NCBI GenBank assembly: GCA_963728675.1
Contig: CAVSLO010000065.1
Location: forward strand, 732 to 64,731
Source of the DNA: an uncultured Alphaproteobacteria bacterium
Lineage (GTDB): Bacteria > Pseudomonadota > Alphaproteobacteria > Rhizobiales > Beijerinckiaceae
Reading direction: 5' to 3'
Length of the DNA stretch: 64,000 nucleotides
Of the stretch, positions 21,754-33,720 are shown in pieces. Position numbers and translations under genes: made by a program. The first letter of the stretch is position 1. Each line of letters begins with the position of its first letter. The notes beneath the pieces are model-generated. The model did not search any database. It was not told the DNA's origin and saw only the letters and a list, made by a program, of their open reading frames with translations.

Positions 21754-24731
21754 GTGGAGTTCGTATTCGAGGACGTGGCGGAGGCGCTTGCGGACGATCC
21801 CGCCTGCACGGGGTTCCTGCAATCGGACGCAGCGCTCCTTTTATGGGACCGCTCGGCCGAACGCCTGCTCTGGTCGTCGCCCTCCGCCGCATGGCTGCGC
21901 GAGGCATTTGCCGTCAATGGCGAGGGGCGCCCTGACCCTGCGCTGCCGGCGCTCGAACGCTTGCGGGCTCTCGGCGGAGGGCTGGCGCCGCGGCGCGGCA
22001 TCCGCCTGGAGTTGCTCTGGTTCGATGCGGACCGCTCTGCTCCGCCTGTGACATGCGCGTGCCGGATCGTAGCCCTGCCGTCGAGCGAGGACGTCTTGCT
22101 CACCGCTCCGGTCGGATCCGCCCTCAAGCCGGCGTCGCATCCATCGCTTGGGCGACCGAAATCGGCAGAGAAGGCCAGCGATGCCGCCTTGGAGGACTCA
22201 GCCGTGGCCCAGAGCCATGCGAACGAGCACCCGAATGCGCCGGAGCGGAACGGGATCCATGATGCGCCGGCTCGCCTACGCCGCGGCGCCGTCCGGTTCA
22301 CGTGGCAGGCTGACCCGGCAACGCGGTTCACCGCCGTGTCGCCCGTTCTGGGTGAAATCGTCGGTCCAGAGAGCGCCGCCATCCTCGGGCGAACCTGGGA
22401 GGAACTCGCGAACGATTGCGTGATCGATCCGTCCGGCGCTGTTGCGGAGCTGCTCGCCAATCGCGAGACCTGGAGCGGGCGGCTGGTCTACTGGCGCATC
22501 GGCCAAAGCGAAGCCGCCGTGGCGGTCGACCTCGCGGGCATGCCGGTGTTCGGAAGCGAGCGGCAGTTGCGCGAGTTCCGCGGGTTCGGGCTGTGCCGCG
22601 CCGATGTGATCGTTCCGTGGCCCAGAGCGAACGCAAACGCCTCCCGGAGCGGTTCTCACGGGCGTCCGACCGGGCTGGCAGGCGATCCGGCTTCAGACGA
22701 TAGGGAGGCCGGCCGATCCTTTGAAGGCGCTGCGCCGGCGGCTGTGTCGACCGAGACGTCCGACCCGGCAAACGGTCCCTCATCGACCGCTGGCCCGCCT
22801 TCGCCGGAGAGCGCGACAGCCGTCCGGCATGACGATCCGCCGCTGCGGGCTTCGACATCGCCGCCGGACACGGCCGGACGTTGCGCTCACGACGAAAGCG
22901 CGCCGTTGAGAGATGCAGAGCCTGCGGCCCCCCAGGAAACGTCGTTGAACGCGCTCAGCGGAACAGCGAGGGGGCGCTTGGGCCAGGATCGGCCTGCGCC
23001 CTTGCGTGCCGTCGAGAGGTCTTCATCCCGCGATTGGCAGGTCTTCAGCGATGTCGGGCCAGCCGAAAGTCATGCCGCGCGGAGCGGCGCAGAATCCAAG
23101 CCGCGCCTCTCGGTCGCCGAACGAAGCGCCTTTCGCGAGATCGCTCGCGCGCTCGGCGCCCGTTTCGCAGGCGACGATCCGCCCGAGATCATCGAGGAGC
23201 CGAGGCGCTCCGCCGAAATCGTGCCCGCGCCCCGCCCGCAGGGTGCCTCGCCGGACCCGATTCGGGTCCTGGACCAGCTGCCGGTCGGCGTTCTCGTCCA
23301 CCGGGGCGAGCGGCCGATCTTTGCGAACCGCGTGCTCCTCGATTGGCTCGGTTACGGCGATGTCGAGGCGCTGGCGGCGGATGGCGGGGTCGCGCGCTTG
23401 TTTCGGGGCTGGCCGCATGAACCCGATCGCTCGGAGGAAGGAGCATCGCCGCTGACCGTGTCCACCCGTCACGGCCGCAAACTCGCCGTTGAAGCGCGGC
23501 TCACAGCCGTTGAGTGGGGCGATGCGCCGGCGGGTCTGATGCTCATCCGCAAGCTCCCGGAAGCCGACCCGGCCCATTGCGTCCAAGCGCTCGAGCTTGA
23601 GCTGGAGGCTCGCGAAGCCCGTGTGCAGGAGCTGTCCGCGATTCTCGATACGGCGACTGACGGCGTGCTCGTTCTCGACGCCGCCGGCCGCATCCTGGCG
23701 CTGAACCGGTCGGCGGAGGCCTTGTTCGGCTATGACCAGAAGGAAGTGGCGGGCGAGCCGATCACCGTGCTTCTCGCTCCCGAGAGTCACGCCGCAGCCC
23801 TCGAATATCTTGAACGGCCTGCAAGCGAACGGCGTGGCGAGCCTGCTGAACGACGGCCGCGAGGTGATCGGCCGCGCCCGGCAGGGCGGGGCCATCCCGC
23901 TGTTCATGACCATGGGCCGTGTGAGCGATGGTCCGGAGCGCAAGATGAGCGCGGTGCTGCGCGACATCACGGCTTACAAGAAGGCCGAAGGCGAACTTCA
24001 TGCCGCCAAGCATGCGGCCGAGGAGGTGAACGCGCAAAGATCGGACCTCCTCGCCAGGATCAATCACGAAATCCGCACCCCCCTCAACGCCATCATCGGA
24101 TTCGCCGAGATGATGCTGGAGGAGCGCTTCGGCCCGATGGGCAACGAGCGCTACAAGGATTATTTGAAGGACATCCACGCCTCCGGCCGCCGAATCATGA
24201 ACCTGGTCAACAATCTTCTCGACCTGGCGAAGATCGAGGCGGGACGAGTGGAGTTGTCGTTCACCGCCGTCAATCTGAACGCTCTCGTCGCGAGTTGCAT
24301 GACGCTGATGCAGCCGCAAGCGGCGCGCGAGCGCATCGTCATGCGGACGAGCTTCGCACAGCGGCAGGTGTCGATCATGGCGGATGAGCGTTCGATGCGC
24401 CAGATCGTGCTCAACATCGTCTCGAACGCGATCCAGTTCACGGATGCGGGCGGACAGGTGATCGTTTCGACCGCCGTGACGGACCGCGGCGAGGTCGCGC
24501 TCCGGGTGCGCGACACCGGCATCGGCATGGCCGAGGGAGAAATCGAGGCGGCGCTCAAGCCGTTCGGCCAGATTGGGACGGCGCGCGCGCGGCGACGGCA
24601 CGGGCCTTGGGCTGCCGCTCACGAAGGCGCTTGTCGAAGCGAACCGCGGGGCCTTGCAGATCGTCAGCGTTCCCAACGAGGGCACGCTGGTCGAGATCCT
24701 TTTCCCGCCGACGCGGGTTCCGGCGGAATAG
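21754..24731 (+). CDS. PAS-domain histidine kinase of the PdhS/CbrA (PleC/DivJ) family (frameshifted)
   Basis: PAS ILDTATDGV..LNRSAEALFG, H-box INHEIRTPLNAIIGFAE, ERFGPMGNERY, C-terminal TRVPAE. Confidence 0.85.
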
Positions 24732-24750
24732 CGGAAGGGCGAAGCGAGCG

Positions 24751-25909
24751 ATGCATTTCGCGCTGACCGACGAGGAAGAGATGATCCGCGAGGCGGCTCG
24801 GCGGATCGCGGCGGATCGGCTTGCGCCCCTCGCGGCGCGCCTCGACCTCGGCGAGGGGCGGGCGGAGCTTTTCGGACAATCTCAAGGCTGCTGGCCGCGA
24901 ACGGCTTCATGGCGCTGAACGTCGCGGCCGGATCACGGCGGCACGGAAGCCGGCACGGTCGCCTTCGCGCTGGCGGTGGAGGAACTCGCCCACGCCTGCG
25001 CCGCGACGGCCGTAACCGTCTCCGTCACCAACATGGTCGGCGAGGTCGATTCAGGCGGTCGGGTCCGAGGCGCAGAAGCGGACGCTATCTGCCGCTGCTG
25101 GCGGACGGGACCTACCCCGCGGGCGCCTTCTGCCTGACCGAGGCAGGCGCGGGCTCGGACCCGAGCGCGCATGACGACGCGCGCCCGCCGCGACGGCGAC
25201 GGCTGCTTGATCGAGGGCGAAAAGATCTACATCACCAGCGCCGAGTACGCCGGGTTGTTCGTGGTCTGGGCCGTGACGGACCCCGACGCGCCGAAGGGGA
25301 AGGGCATCTCCTGCTTCCTGGTCGAGCGGGACGCGCCGGGCCTCGTCATTGGCAAGGCCGAGAAGAAAATGGGCCAGACTGGCTCGGCCGCCAATGCCGT
25401 GCGCTTCGACGGCTGCCGCGTGCCGGCGGACGCCCTGATGGGGCGCGAGAACGACGGCTTCCGGATCGCGGTCGGCGAACTCGCCGGCGGGCGCATCGGC
25501 GTCGCCGCGCTCTCGCTCGGCATCGCCCGCGCCGCCATGGATGCGGCGAAGGCCTACGTCAAGGAGCGCCGGCAGTTCGGGCAGGCCATCGCCGACTTTC
25601 AGGGCGTGCAGTGGATGATCGCCGACCGCGAGGTCGATCTCGAAGCGGCGCGCCTCCTCATTCTCCAGGCGGCGCCACCTCAAGGACCAGCGGCGGCCCT
25701 TCGCCAAGGCGGCCTCGATGGCGAAGCTGTTCGCCTCGGAAGCGGCGCATCGCGCCACCGACACGGCGATCCAGCTCCACGGCGGCGCCGGCTACATCAG
25801 GGACTATCCGGTCGAGCGTTACGCGCGCGACGCCCGCATCACGCGGATCTACGAGGGCACATCGGAAATCCAGCGGCTGATCATCGCCCGCGAGACCTTG
25901 CGGCAATAA
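24751..25909 (+). CDS. Acyl-CoA dehydrogenase (frameshifted)
   Basis: [46 protein letters not shown]. Confidence 0.9.
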
Positions 25910-26017
25910 ACGGGACGCCGACGATCGTTCGGGCATGGACGAAGCCCGCTCGAACCGTCACCGCCGCGCAGCCGTTCTCCATTCGACGGGGCCCTGATCC
26001 GGGGCCGGAGACCTGCG

Positions 26018-28744
26018 ATGAGCACCTACCGCCTGGACAAGCTGTTCGCGCCCCGCTCCCTCGCGCTCGTCGGCGCGAGCCCCCGCGAGGGCTCGCTTGG
26101 CCATGCCGTCCTGCGCAACCTGCGCGAGGCCGGTTTTCCGGGCCGGATCGATCTGGTCAACCCGAAGTATGCCGAGGTGGACGGCGCTCCTTGCGCCGCG
26201 CGGATCGAGAACCTCGCGGACGCGCCGGACCTCGCCGTCATCGCCGCCCCGCCCGCGGCCGTGCCGGGCCTCGTCGCCGTGGCGGGCCGGCGAGGCGTGG
26301 CGGCGGCGATCGTTCTGACCGGCGGTCTCGGTCATGGACCGGGTTCGCTGGCGGATGCGGCGCGTGTTGAGGCCCACGGGCACGGGCTTCGGCTCGTCGG
26401 GCCGAATTGTCTCGGCGTGCTCGCGCCGGCCAGCCGGCTCAACGCCAGCTTCGCGGCGCGGGGCGCGAACGCCGGAGACCTCGCCCTCATTTCGCAGTCG
26501 GGTGGAATTGCAGCCGGTCTCGTGGAATGGGCGGCGCAGCGCCACGTGGGCTTCTCCGCCGTGGTCTCGCTCGGCGATAACGTCGATGTCGATTTCGGCG
26601 ATTGTCTCGACTATTTCGCGATCGACCGCGCGACCCGCGCCATCCTGCTCTACGTCGAAGCCGTCAACGACGCGCGCAAGTTCATGTCCGCCGCGCGGGC
26701 GGCGGCGCGCGCCAAGCCGGTCGTGGTGATCAAGTCGGGCCGCCATGCGCAAGGTGCGAAGGCCGCCGCGACGCACACCGGCGCGCTCGCCGGCGCGGAC
26801 GCCGTCTATGAGGCCGCGTTTCGCCGCGCCGGCCTCTTGCGCGTCTCCGATCTCGACGAGATGTTCGCAGCCGCCGAGACGCTCGGGCGCCAGAAGCCTT
26901 TTCCGGGCAGGCGCCTCGCTGTCCTGACCAACGGCGGCGGCCTCGGCGTGCTGGCGGTCGACCGTCTGATCGACCTCGGCGGCACGCTGGCCGCGTTGTC
27001 GGCGGAGGCCTTGACGCGCCTCGACCGGCTGCTGCCGGCGGCTTGGTCACGCGCCAATCCGGTCGACATCGTCGGCGATGCGGATGCGGCCCGCTACGCC
27101 GGCGCGATGGAAGCGCTTCTGGACGACGATGGCAACGACGCCGTGCTCGTGCTCCAGGTGCCCACCGCCCTTGCCAGCGCGTCCGAAGCCGCCGAAGCCG
27201 TGGTCGAAATCGTCCGACGTGAGCGCGCCAAGGGCTTCCGTCGCAAGCCCGTGTTCGTCGGTCTGGCTCGGGGAGAATCCGGCTGCGGCTCAGGCCTTTG
27301 AAGAGGCGGGAATCCCGCATTTCGCGACCGAGGCGGACGCCGTGCAAGGCTTCATGCATCTCGTGCGCTACCGCGAGGCGCAAGAACTGCTCATGGAGAC
27401 GCCGGACAGCCTGCCGGGGGATTTCGCGCCGGATGTCGCAACGGCGCGCGCGATCATCGCCGGCGTCGTTCAAGATGGGCGGACATGGCTCGACCCGCTG
27501 GAAGTGAATGGACTCCTGCGCGCCTACGGCGTTCCGGTCGCCCCGATCGCCCTCGCCGAGACGGCGGACGAGGCTGCGACCGCAGCCCGCCCTATTTTGG
27601 CCGAGGGCGGCACGGTGGCGGTCAAGGTTTCGTCGCCGGACATCATTCACAAATCCGACGTCGGCGGCGTCAAGCTCGACCTCACGAGCGAAGCGGCGGT
27701 GCGCCGGGCGGCGCTCGACATCTTCGAGCGCGCCAAACGTCTCAAGCCCGACGCCCGCATCACCGGCGTCACGGTTCAGCCGATGGTGCGCCGCCCGAAG
27801 GCGCGCGAGCTGATCGCGGGCCTCGCGGACGATCCGACTTTCGGGCCGGTGGTGGTGTTCGGGCGCGGCGGAACCGCCGTCGAGGTCATCAACGACAAAG
27901 CGCTGGCGCTGCCGCCGCTCGACATGAAGCTGGCCGAGATGCTGATCGCCCGCACGCGCGTATCGCGCATCCTGAAAGCCTATCGCGACGTGCCGGCCGC
28001 GGACGAGCAGGCCGTCGCGTTGGTGCTGGTCAAGCTCGCTCAGCTCGCCGCCGACCTGCCCGAGGTGCGCGAACTCGACATCAATCCGCTCCTCGCCGAC
28101 AAGGACGGCGCTCATCGCGGTCGACGCCCGCGTCGCCGTGGCGCCCGTGCCGGCCGAGAGCCGCAAGGGCCGCGGCCACCCGCGCTTCGCGATCAGGCCC
28201 TATCCGAAGGAGTGGGAACGCGAGATCGTCTCGGCGGGCGGACGGCGCGTGTTCGTGCGCCCCGTGCGCCCGGAGGACGAGGGGCTCTTCCTGGACTTCT
28301 TCCGGCGCGGTCACGCCGAGGACCTGCGCTTGCGCTTTTTCGCGTCCGATCCGCGAGTTCAGCCACGCCTTCCTCGCGCGGCTGATCCAGATCGACTATG
28401 CGCGGGCCATCGCCTTCGTGGCGATCGAGCGTGAGAGCGGCGAGATGATGGGCGTCGTGCGCCTGCACGCGGACGCCAATCACGAACGGGGCGAATACGC
28501 CATCCTGCTGCGGTCGGACCTGAAAGGCCAGGGCCTTGGCTGGGAACTGATGCGGTTGATGATCGAGTGGGCGCGCGCCGAAGGTCTCCGCGTCATCGCG
28601 GGCGAGGTCCTGCGCGAGAACATGGCGATGCTCGAAGTCTGCCGCCGGCTCGGTTTCGACATCCGCCCCGAGCCGGACGACCCCGAAATCCAGATCGTGT
28701 CGCTGGACGTGGCGATGGCGGTGACGACTCGGGAGTCCGCGTAG
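26018..28744 (+). CDS. Bifunctional acyl-CoA synthetase (NDP-forming)/GNAT protein lysine acetyltransferase (Pat type; frameshifted)
   Basis: LFAPRSLALVGAS, VGPNCLG, SQSGG, HTGALAG, HKSDVGGV, DINPL, C-terminal GNAT RSDLKGQGLG. Confidence 0.9.
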
Positions 28745-28763
28745 TCAGACGCAAACCAGGCCG

Positions 28764-29264
28764 TTACTCCGCGCCGGGCGTTTTGCCCTCTCCAAGCTCG
28801 CCGATGTGCTTCTGGGCATAAAGCTGCACACCGATCTGCTTGATCAACTCGAGCTGCGTTTCAAGGAAGTCGATGTGCCCTTCCTCGTCAGCCGCGAGAT
28901 CCTCGAACATCTCTTTCGTCACGCGGTCGTTGACGGAATCGCAGTATTGCGCCGCTTCGAGATAGAGCGCCCGCGCCTCGTGCTCGGCGGCGAGGTCGCA
29001 TTCGATGATTTCCTGAACGTTCTGCCCGATCCGCAATGGGTCGAGCACCTGCATGTTGGGAAAGCCTTCGAGGAAGAGGATGCGGTCGGTGAAGCGGTCG
29101 GCGTGCTGCATCTCCTCGATGGACTCCTCCCGCCAGCGTTTGGCGAGGTCCCTGTAGCCCCAGTTTTCGAGGAGGCGGTAGTGGAGCCAGTACTGGTTGA
29201 CCGCGGTCAACTCGCTACGCAGGCCGCGGTTCAGATACTCGATGACCTTTGCGTCGCCCTTCAT
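28764..29264 (-). CDS. bfr: Bacterioferritin
   Basis: [47 protein letters not shown]. Confidence 0.96.
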   Translation of the reverse strand: MKGDAKVIEYLNRGLRSELTAVNQYWLHYRLLENWGYRDLAKRWREESIEEMQHADRFTDRILFLEGFPNMQVLDPLRIGQNVQEIIECDLAAEHEARALYLEAAQYCDSVNDRVTKEMFEDLAADEEGHIDFLETQLELIKQIGVQLYAQKHIGELGEGKTPGAE

Positions 29265-29334
29265 GGCCGTTCTCTCGCCCTCTACGCCAACTTGGCGCTG
29301 AAAGCTTATACGCGAACGGCTTCGATTCGGTTCC

Positions 29335-29598
29335 TCACAGGTCGGGCCCGACCGCAAGGGCTTCGGCGATGGACAGAGCGTTGCAGCAGCCGCGCGTGCA
29401 CGGCTCCGCATGTCCGGTCTGAGCTGCGGCGAGCGCCTGGTCCATGATGCTGCGGATGGTGCGCGCGCAATGCCCGCATTCCGGGCTGCAGCCCAGGCAA
29501 CGATAAACTTGCGCCGGCGTGCGCGGACAGTCCGGCCCCGGATTGAGACAGGCGCGCACATCGCCATCCGTTAGAACGTTGCAAGAGCAGACGATCAT
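29335..29598 (-). CDS. bfd: Bacterioferritin-associated [2Fe-2S] ferredoxin
   Basis: MIVCSCN...CGHC, directly upstream of bfr. Confidence 0.9.
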   Translation of the reverse strand: MIVCSCNVLTDGDVRACLNPGPDCPRTPAQVYRCLGCSPECGHCARTIRSIMDQALAAAQTGHAEPCTRGCCNALSIAEALAVGPDL

Positions 29599-29611
29599 CC
29601 AGGCCCCACAG

Positions 29612-29628
29612 TTTGGAATCGTTCGAAA
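29612..29628. promoter_or_regulatory. Irr box (iron control element)
   Basis: TTTGGAA-TCG-TTCGAAA against consensus TTTAGAA-N3-TTCTAAA, just upstream of bfd-bfr. Confidence 0.75.
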
Positions 29629-29839
29629 CTGTTGTGCTTCAACGGCTTAGCTCAAACACCAAAGTTCAAGTCCTGGCAAGGATCAATCGTCTGACGCGGT
29701 CGGATGCCACAGAGGTCGTTGCGCCAAACGAGATCGCCTGATCGGCTTGAGAGACGGGATGCCAACAACCAGGAGCGCACCGCGCTCGCGCTCGAAGAGG
29801 GTTTGGTTCGGACTGTCCGGTCGCTCGCGGCCGCCTGGA

Positions 29840-30290
29840 AGACGCCGGTGCGCCGAGCCGTGTCCTGATACGGCGGCGGCTTGGGATGGACGCCGTGGAA
29901 GTCGATGAGCGCCCCCGAGGGCAGCCTGACCCCCGTCCGGATCGAGGGAACGTAGCCGTCGATCAGGCCAGCTCGAACCGCGACAGGAGGTGCAGCCCGG
30001 AGTAATCGGGGCGCGGGCGGGTCAACCGATGAGGGTAGCGCACCTTCACGGACGCGAGCTGCGCATCCCACCACACGTCGGTTTCGACCAGGAGGACAAG
30101 GTCGTCGAGCCGGTCAATGAGATCGAGAAGGGGCCTCGCCCGCCGGTTGGTCATCAGGACGTTCGCGGCGAGCAGTCGAAAGCGCGACGGCTCCGGGCAG
30201 GAGGCCGGAATCTTGGCTTCGGTCGCGTGGAGGGGCGTGTAGGGCCAGATGCTGACGAGCTGACAGGCCAGCGCGATGGGAGCGTAGCCC
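29840..30290 (-). pseudogene. Endonuclease/exonuclease/phosphatase (YafD-like) gene fragment
   Basis: QIWPYTPL, ANVLMTNR, LLVETD..W, FHGVHPKPP; both ends and an internal segment are missing. Confidence 0.65.
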
Positions 30291-30314
30291 TTGCGCCGCG
30301 TTCCCCTACGCCGC

Positions 30315-30804
30315 TCAGTCGTCCCGCTTCATGCTGCCCTCGAACTTGAACTGGGGCGCGTTTCGAAGATCCTCGCGGGTGGTGTTGATGACGGCGCGAT
30401 AGCTATCGCCTTGGCGCATGATCACGACCGAGGCTGGGTCGACCGACACATAGCGCTCGCCAATCCCCAGGAAGCCGCCGACGCCGATCACAAGGGCTTT
30501 GATCGTCTTGCCATTGTCGATGATGACGTCCTCGATCTCGCCGACTTTCTCGTTCTGCAAGTTGTAGACGTCGAGTTCGTAGAGGTTCGAGAGCGGCATG
30601 TCGGTCGGCTGCACGGTGTAGAACGTCATGCGCACCGTGGTCGGGTCGATCGTGCGCAAGCCGGGCTGCGTAGCCGATCCAGGCTGCGTCGCCGTTCCGC
30701 TCCCGCCTGCACCAGGCGCGGGAGCCGGCTGGTTCGTCTGCGACAGGGCAAGCCCGGTCAGAAGCGGAAGGGCGCAAATCGCGAGAAGCAGGCGTCTTTG
30801 GCAT
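30315..30804 (-). CDS. Secreted PRC-barrel protein
   Basis: DVYNLQNEKVGEIEDVII..IGVGGFLGIGERYV..TREDLRNAPQF; probable ATG at 30804 with one indel. Confidence 0.88.
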
Positions 30805-30834
30805 GATGACAAGCTCCAGATGGCAACGCTTTGC

Positions 30835-30859
30835 AACGCCCGCGCTTTGCAGGAGTTCC
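30835..30859 (-). promoter_or_regulatory. Sigma-EcfG promoter
   Basis: GGAAC-N16-CGTT on the minus strand upstream of the PRC-barrel gene. Confidence 0.7.
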
Positions 30860-30930
30860 TCAACGGACGGCGGCAGTCGTCACGGACAGGGTTCCGACCT
30901 TAAGGCGCCAGACCGACGGGAGCTTCCGAG

Positions 30931-32439
30931 ATGGCTGATCCAGACCCGCGGCCGCGCGCCGATCGGCGCCAGTTGCAGCAGATCATCGCCGGGCTGACCG
31001 AGGGCGTCATTCTCATCGATCCCGACCAGACGATCTTGTGGGCGAACGAGGCGGCCCTCGCCATGCATGGGGCCGAGACGATGCAGGAACTGGGCGCGAC
31101 GGTCGACGACTACCGGGACCGGTATCGGCTCCGCTACCGCAACAACCACCCGGTCCCCGCCGGCGACTATCCCCTGGATCGCGTGGCGGCCGGAGAGGTG
31201 TTCAGCGATGTCGTCGTCGAAGTCGCGCTGAAGGGAGAGGACGAGCCGCGCTGGACGCATCGCATCCGCAGCCTGGTGCTCACGGACGCGGACGAAGCGC
31301 CGGACTGCCTCGTGCTGGTGCTGCATGACGCGACCGAACGCTTCGAGGCGGAGGAACGCTTCGAGCGCACCTTCGGCGCCAACCCGGCCCCGGCCATCAT
31401 CTGCCGGATCGCGGACCTGCGCTACGTCAAGGTCAATCAGGGCTTCCTGGAAATGACCGGCTACGCGCGCGAGGACGTGATCGGCCGCTCCGTCTACGAG
31501 ATCGACGTCCTCGAACAAGCGGACAGAAGAGACCTTGCGATCGAGCGCCTCAACGAGGGCCGGACGATTCCGCAGATGGAGGCGATGCTCCGGGTGACGG
31601 ACGGCGGCGCCAAATTCGTCATCGTGGCGGGGCAGCCGATCGAGATCGGCGACGAAGCCTGCATGCTTTTCACCTTCGTCGACCTGGAGCCGCGCAAACG
31701 GGCGGAGGACGCCCTGCGCAGTAGCGAGGAGCGGTTCTCGAAGGCGTTCCGGCTCGCGCCCGTCCCGATGACGGTCGTTGACGTCGCGGACGGATTCCGC
31801 ATCCTCGACGTCAATGACGCGTTCACGGCCGCCACGGGCTATATCGCCGAGGAGGCGATCGGGCGCACGATTCCGGACCTTGGACTCTGGCAGCCCTCAG
31901 CGGCGCGGCGCGACCTCGAAGCGCTCTTGAAAAAGAGCGGAAGCGTGCGCGGATTCGAGATTGAGTTGCGGCCGAAGCAGGGCGATGCGCTCGACGGCCT
32001 CGTCTCGGCCGAGACGGTCAGCATCAACGGCCAGGACTGCCTCTTGTGCGTTGTGCAGGACATCACCGACCGCAAGCGGTCCGAGGCGGAGCTTGTCGAA
32101 GCCATCGAGGCGGTCATGCGCGATGCGTCCTGGTTCAGCCGCACCGTCATGGAGAAGCTCGCCAATCTGCGCCATCCGCAGCGGTCGAGCGGGGCATTGG
32201 CGGGGCTCGACGACCTCACGGCCCGCGAACGGGAGATCCTCGGCTTGATCGCCCGAGGACTCGCCGACAAGGAGATCGCCCAGCAGCTTGGCCTCTCCAA
32301 CAGCACGATCCGCAACCGCGTCTCGGCGATCTACCGGAAAATCGGCCTCAAGCGCCGGAGCGCCGCCATGGTCTGGGCGCGGGAACGGGGCTTCACGGGC
32401 GAGGCGACCGCGAACGCCCGCCGGGCGCAGACGCAATAA
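30931..32439 (+). CDS. Multi-PAS LuxR-family transcriptional regulator
   Basis: Three PAS-like segments and C-terminal LTAREREILGLIARGLADKEIAQQL HTH. Confidence 0.9.
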   Translation: MADPDPRPRADRRQLQQIIAGLTEGVILIDPDQTILWANEAALAMHGAETMQELGATVDDYRDRYRLRYRNNHPVPAGDYPLDRVAAGEVFSDVVVEVALKGEDEPRWTHRIRSLVLTDADEAPDCLVLVLHDATERFEAEERFERTFGANPAPAIICRIADLRYVKVNQGFLEMTGYAREDVIGRSVYEIDVLEQADRRDLAIERLNEGRTIPQMEAMLRVTDGGAKFVIVAGQPIEIGDEACMLFTFVDLEPRKRAEDALRSSEERFSKAFRLAPVPMTVVDVADGFRILDVNDAFTAATGYIAEEAIGRTIPDLGLWQPSAARRDLEALLKKSGSVRGFEIELRPKQGDALDGLVSAETVSINGQDCLLCVVQDITDRKRSEAELVEAIEAVMRDASWFSRTVMEKLANLRHPQRSSGALAGLDDLTAREREILGLIARGLADKEIAQQLGLSNSTIRNRVSAIYRKIGLKRRSAAMVWARERGFTGEATANARRAQTQ

Positions 32440-32593
32440 GGACATTTGTACCGGACAAGCGGTACGGATAAGCCTGTTGCGTCAGGCTGCGGCTGCCTAC
32501 CTTGGGCGCGCCGGCAGGCCGCGGACTGAAGCTTCGGCGAGCATGTCGGCCCGGCCGTTTTTTTGAAAACGATCCTCAAGACAGGAGACCGTC

Positions 32594-32776
32594 ATGGACA
32601 AGGACCGGATCGAAGGCGCCGGCAAACAGGCGAAGGGCGCCGTCAAGGAAGCATTCGGGAAAATGACGGGGGACGCGAAGACGCAAGCCGAAGGCGCTGC
32701 GGAGAAAGCGGCCGGCAAGGCCCAGAACGCCGTCGGAGGCGCGAAGGACGGCGTGCGCGACGCCTTGAAGAAGTAG
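32594..32776 (+). CDS. CsbD-family general stress protein
   Basis: MDKDRIEGAGKQAKGAVKE..GKAQNAVGGAKD; AGGAG RBS. Confidence 0.92.
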   Translation: MDKDRIEGAGKQAKGAVKEAFGKMTGDAKTQAEGAAEKAAGKAQNAVGGAKDGVRDALKK

Positions 32777-32910
32777 GCCGATCCTCATGGACGAAGCGCC
32801 TCGTGCGCTCCGAGCGCGACATGGGAGTGTCCGTCGACATGGGAGTCCGGCTACTGCGCCCTGGCCTCAGATCGAGCCGAGCCGGAGACCGCCGGCCAAC
32901 CGTGTGTGCG

Positions 32911-33453
32911 ATGAACATCGAACGGCCCCTTCGCGACGCCTTGCTCGGAGCCGTGCCGTCCCTGCGGGCGTTCGCGATCTCGCTCACCAACGATCCCATA
33001 AGGGCCGACGATCTGGTCCAGGACACGCTTCTTCGGGCGCTCTCGCGCATGGACCAGTTTGAGCGCGGTACGAACCTGAATGCGTGGCTGTTCACGATCC
33101 TGCGCAATCTCTTCCACACGGAGTACCGCAAGCGGCGGAGGGAGGTCGAGGACCCGGACAATGCTCACGCCGCGCGTCTGGCCGTGCGGCCCGAGCAGGG
33201 CTCGCGCCTCGAGTTCGAGGACTTCCGGGCCGCCTTAGCCAAGCTCACGCCGGACCAGCGCGAAGCACTGCTCCTCGTCGGCGCGCAGGGCATGTCTTAC
33301 GAGGAAACGGCGGCGGTTTGCGGGGTCGCCGTCGGCACCATCAAGAGCCGGGTCAATCGGGCGCGCGCGCGCCTCGCCGAACTGCTCGCGCTGAACGATG
33401 TCGAAGAGATCGGGCCCGACAGCCTGACGCGGGCGGTCGTGAGGCCTCCTTGA
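32911..33453 (+). CDS. ECF sigma factor, EcfG-like
   Basis: VPSLRAFAISL..ADDLVQDT..GTNLNAWLFTILRN..GTIKSRVNRAR. Confidence 0.88.
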   Translation: MNIERPLRDALLGAVPSLRAFAISLTNDPIRADDLVQDTLLRALSRMDQFERGTNLNAWLFTILRNLFHTEYRKRRREVEDPDNAHAARLAVRPEQGSRLEFEDFRAALAKLTPDQREALLLVGAQGMSYEETAAVCGVAVGTIKSRVNRARARLAELLALNDVEEIGPDSLTRAVVRPP

Positions 33454-33720
33454 GCGCAGGAGCCCGCCGGCGCGGGATAAGCTTACCCGCCGTCGAGCGA
33501 TATCTTAAGTTCGAGCCCTCACGCCGAGTCGGCAATGCGGCTCGCATCACAACAACCTCGCCGTGCGGACGATGGCGAGCGCGGCTTGACGTTTGCCGCA
33601 TGACGTCCCGCCACGCCGCGAGCGGCTTAAAGAGACCATCATGACGAACAAGGCTCGCGTTTTGTGCTGTCGCGCATCTGTGAGGGTCCGAGGTTCGCGC
33701 GATTGCGAGAGCGAACCATC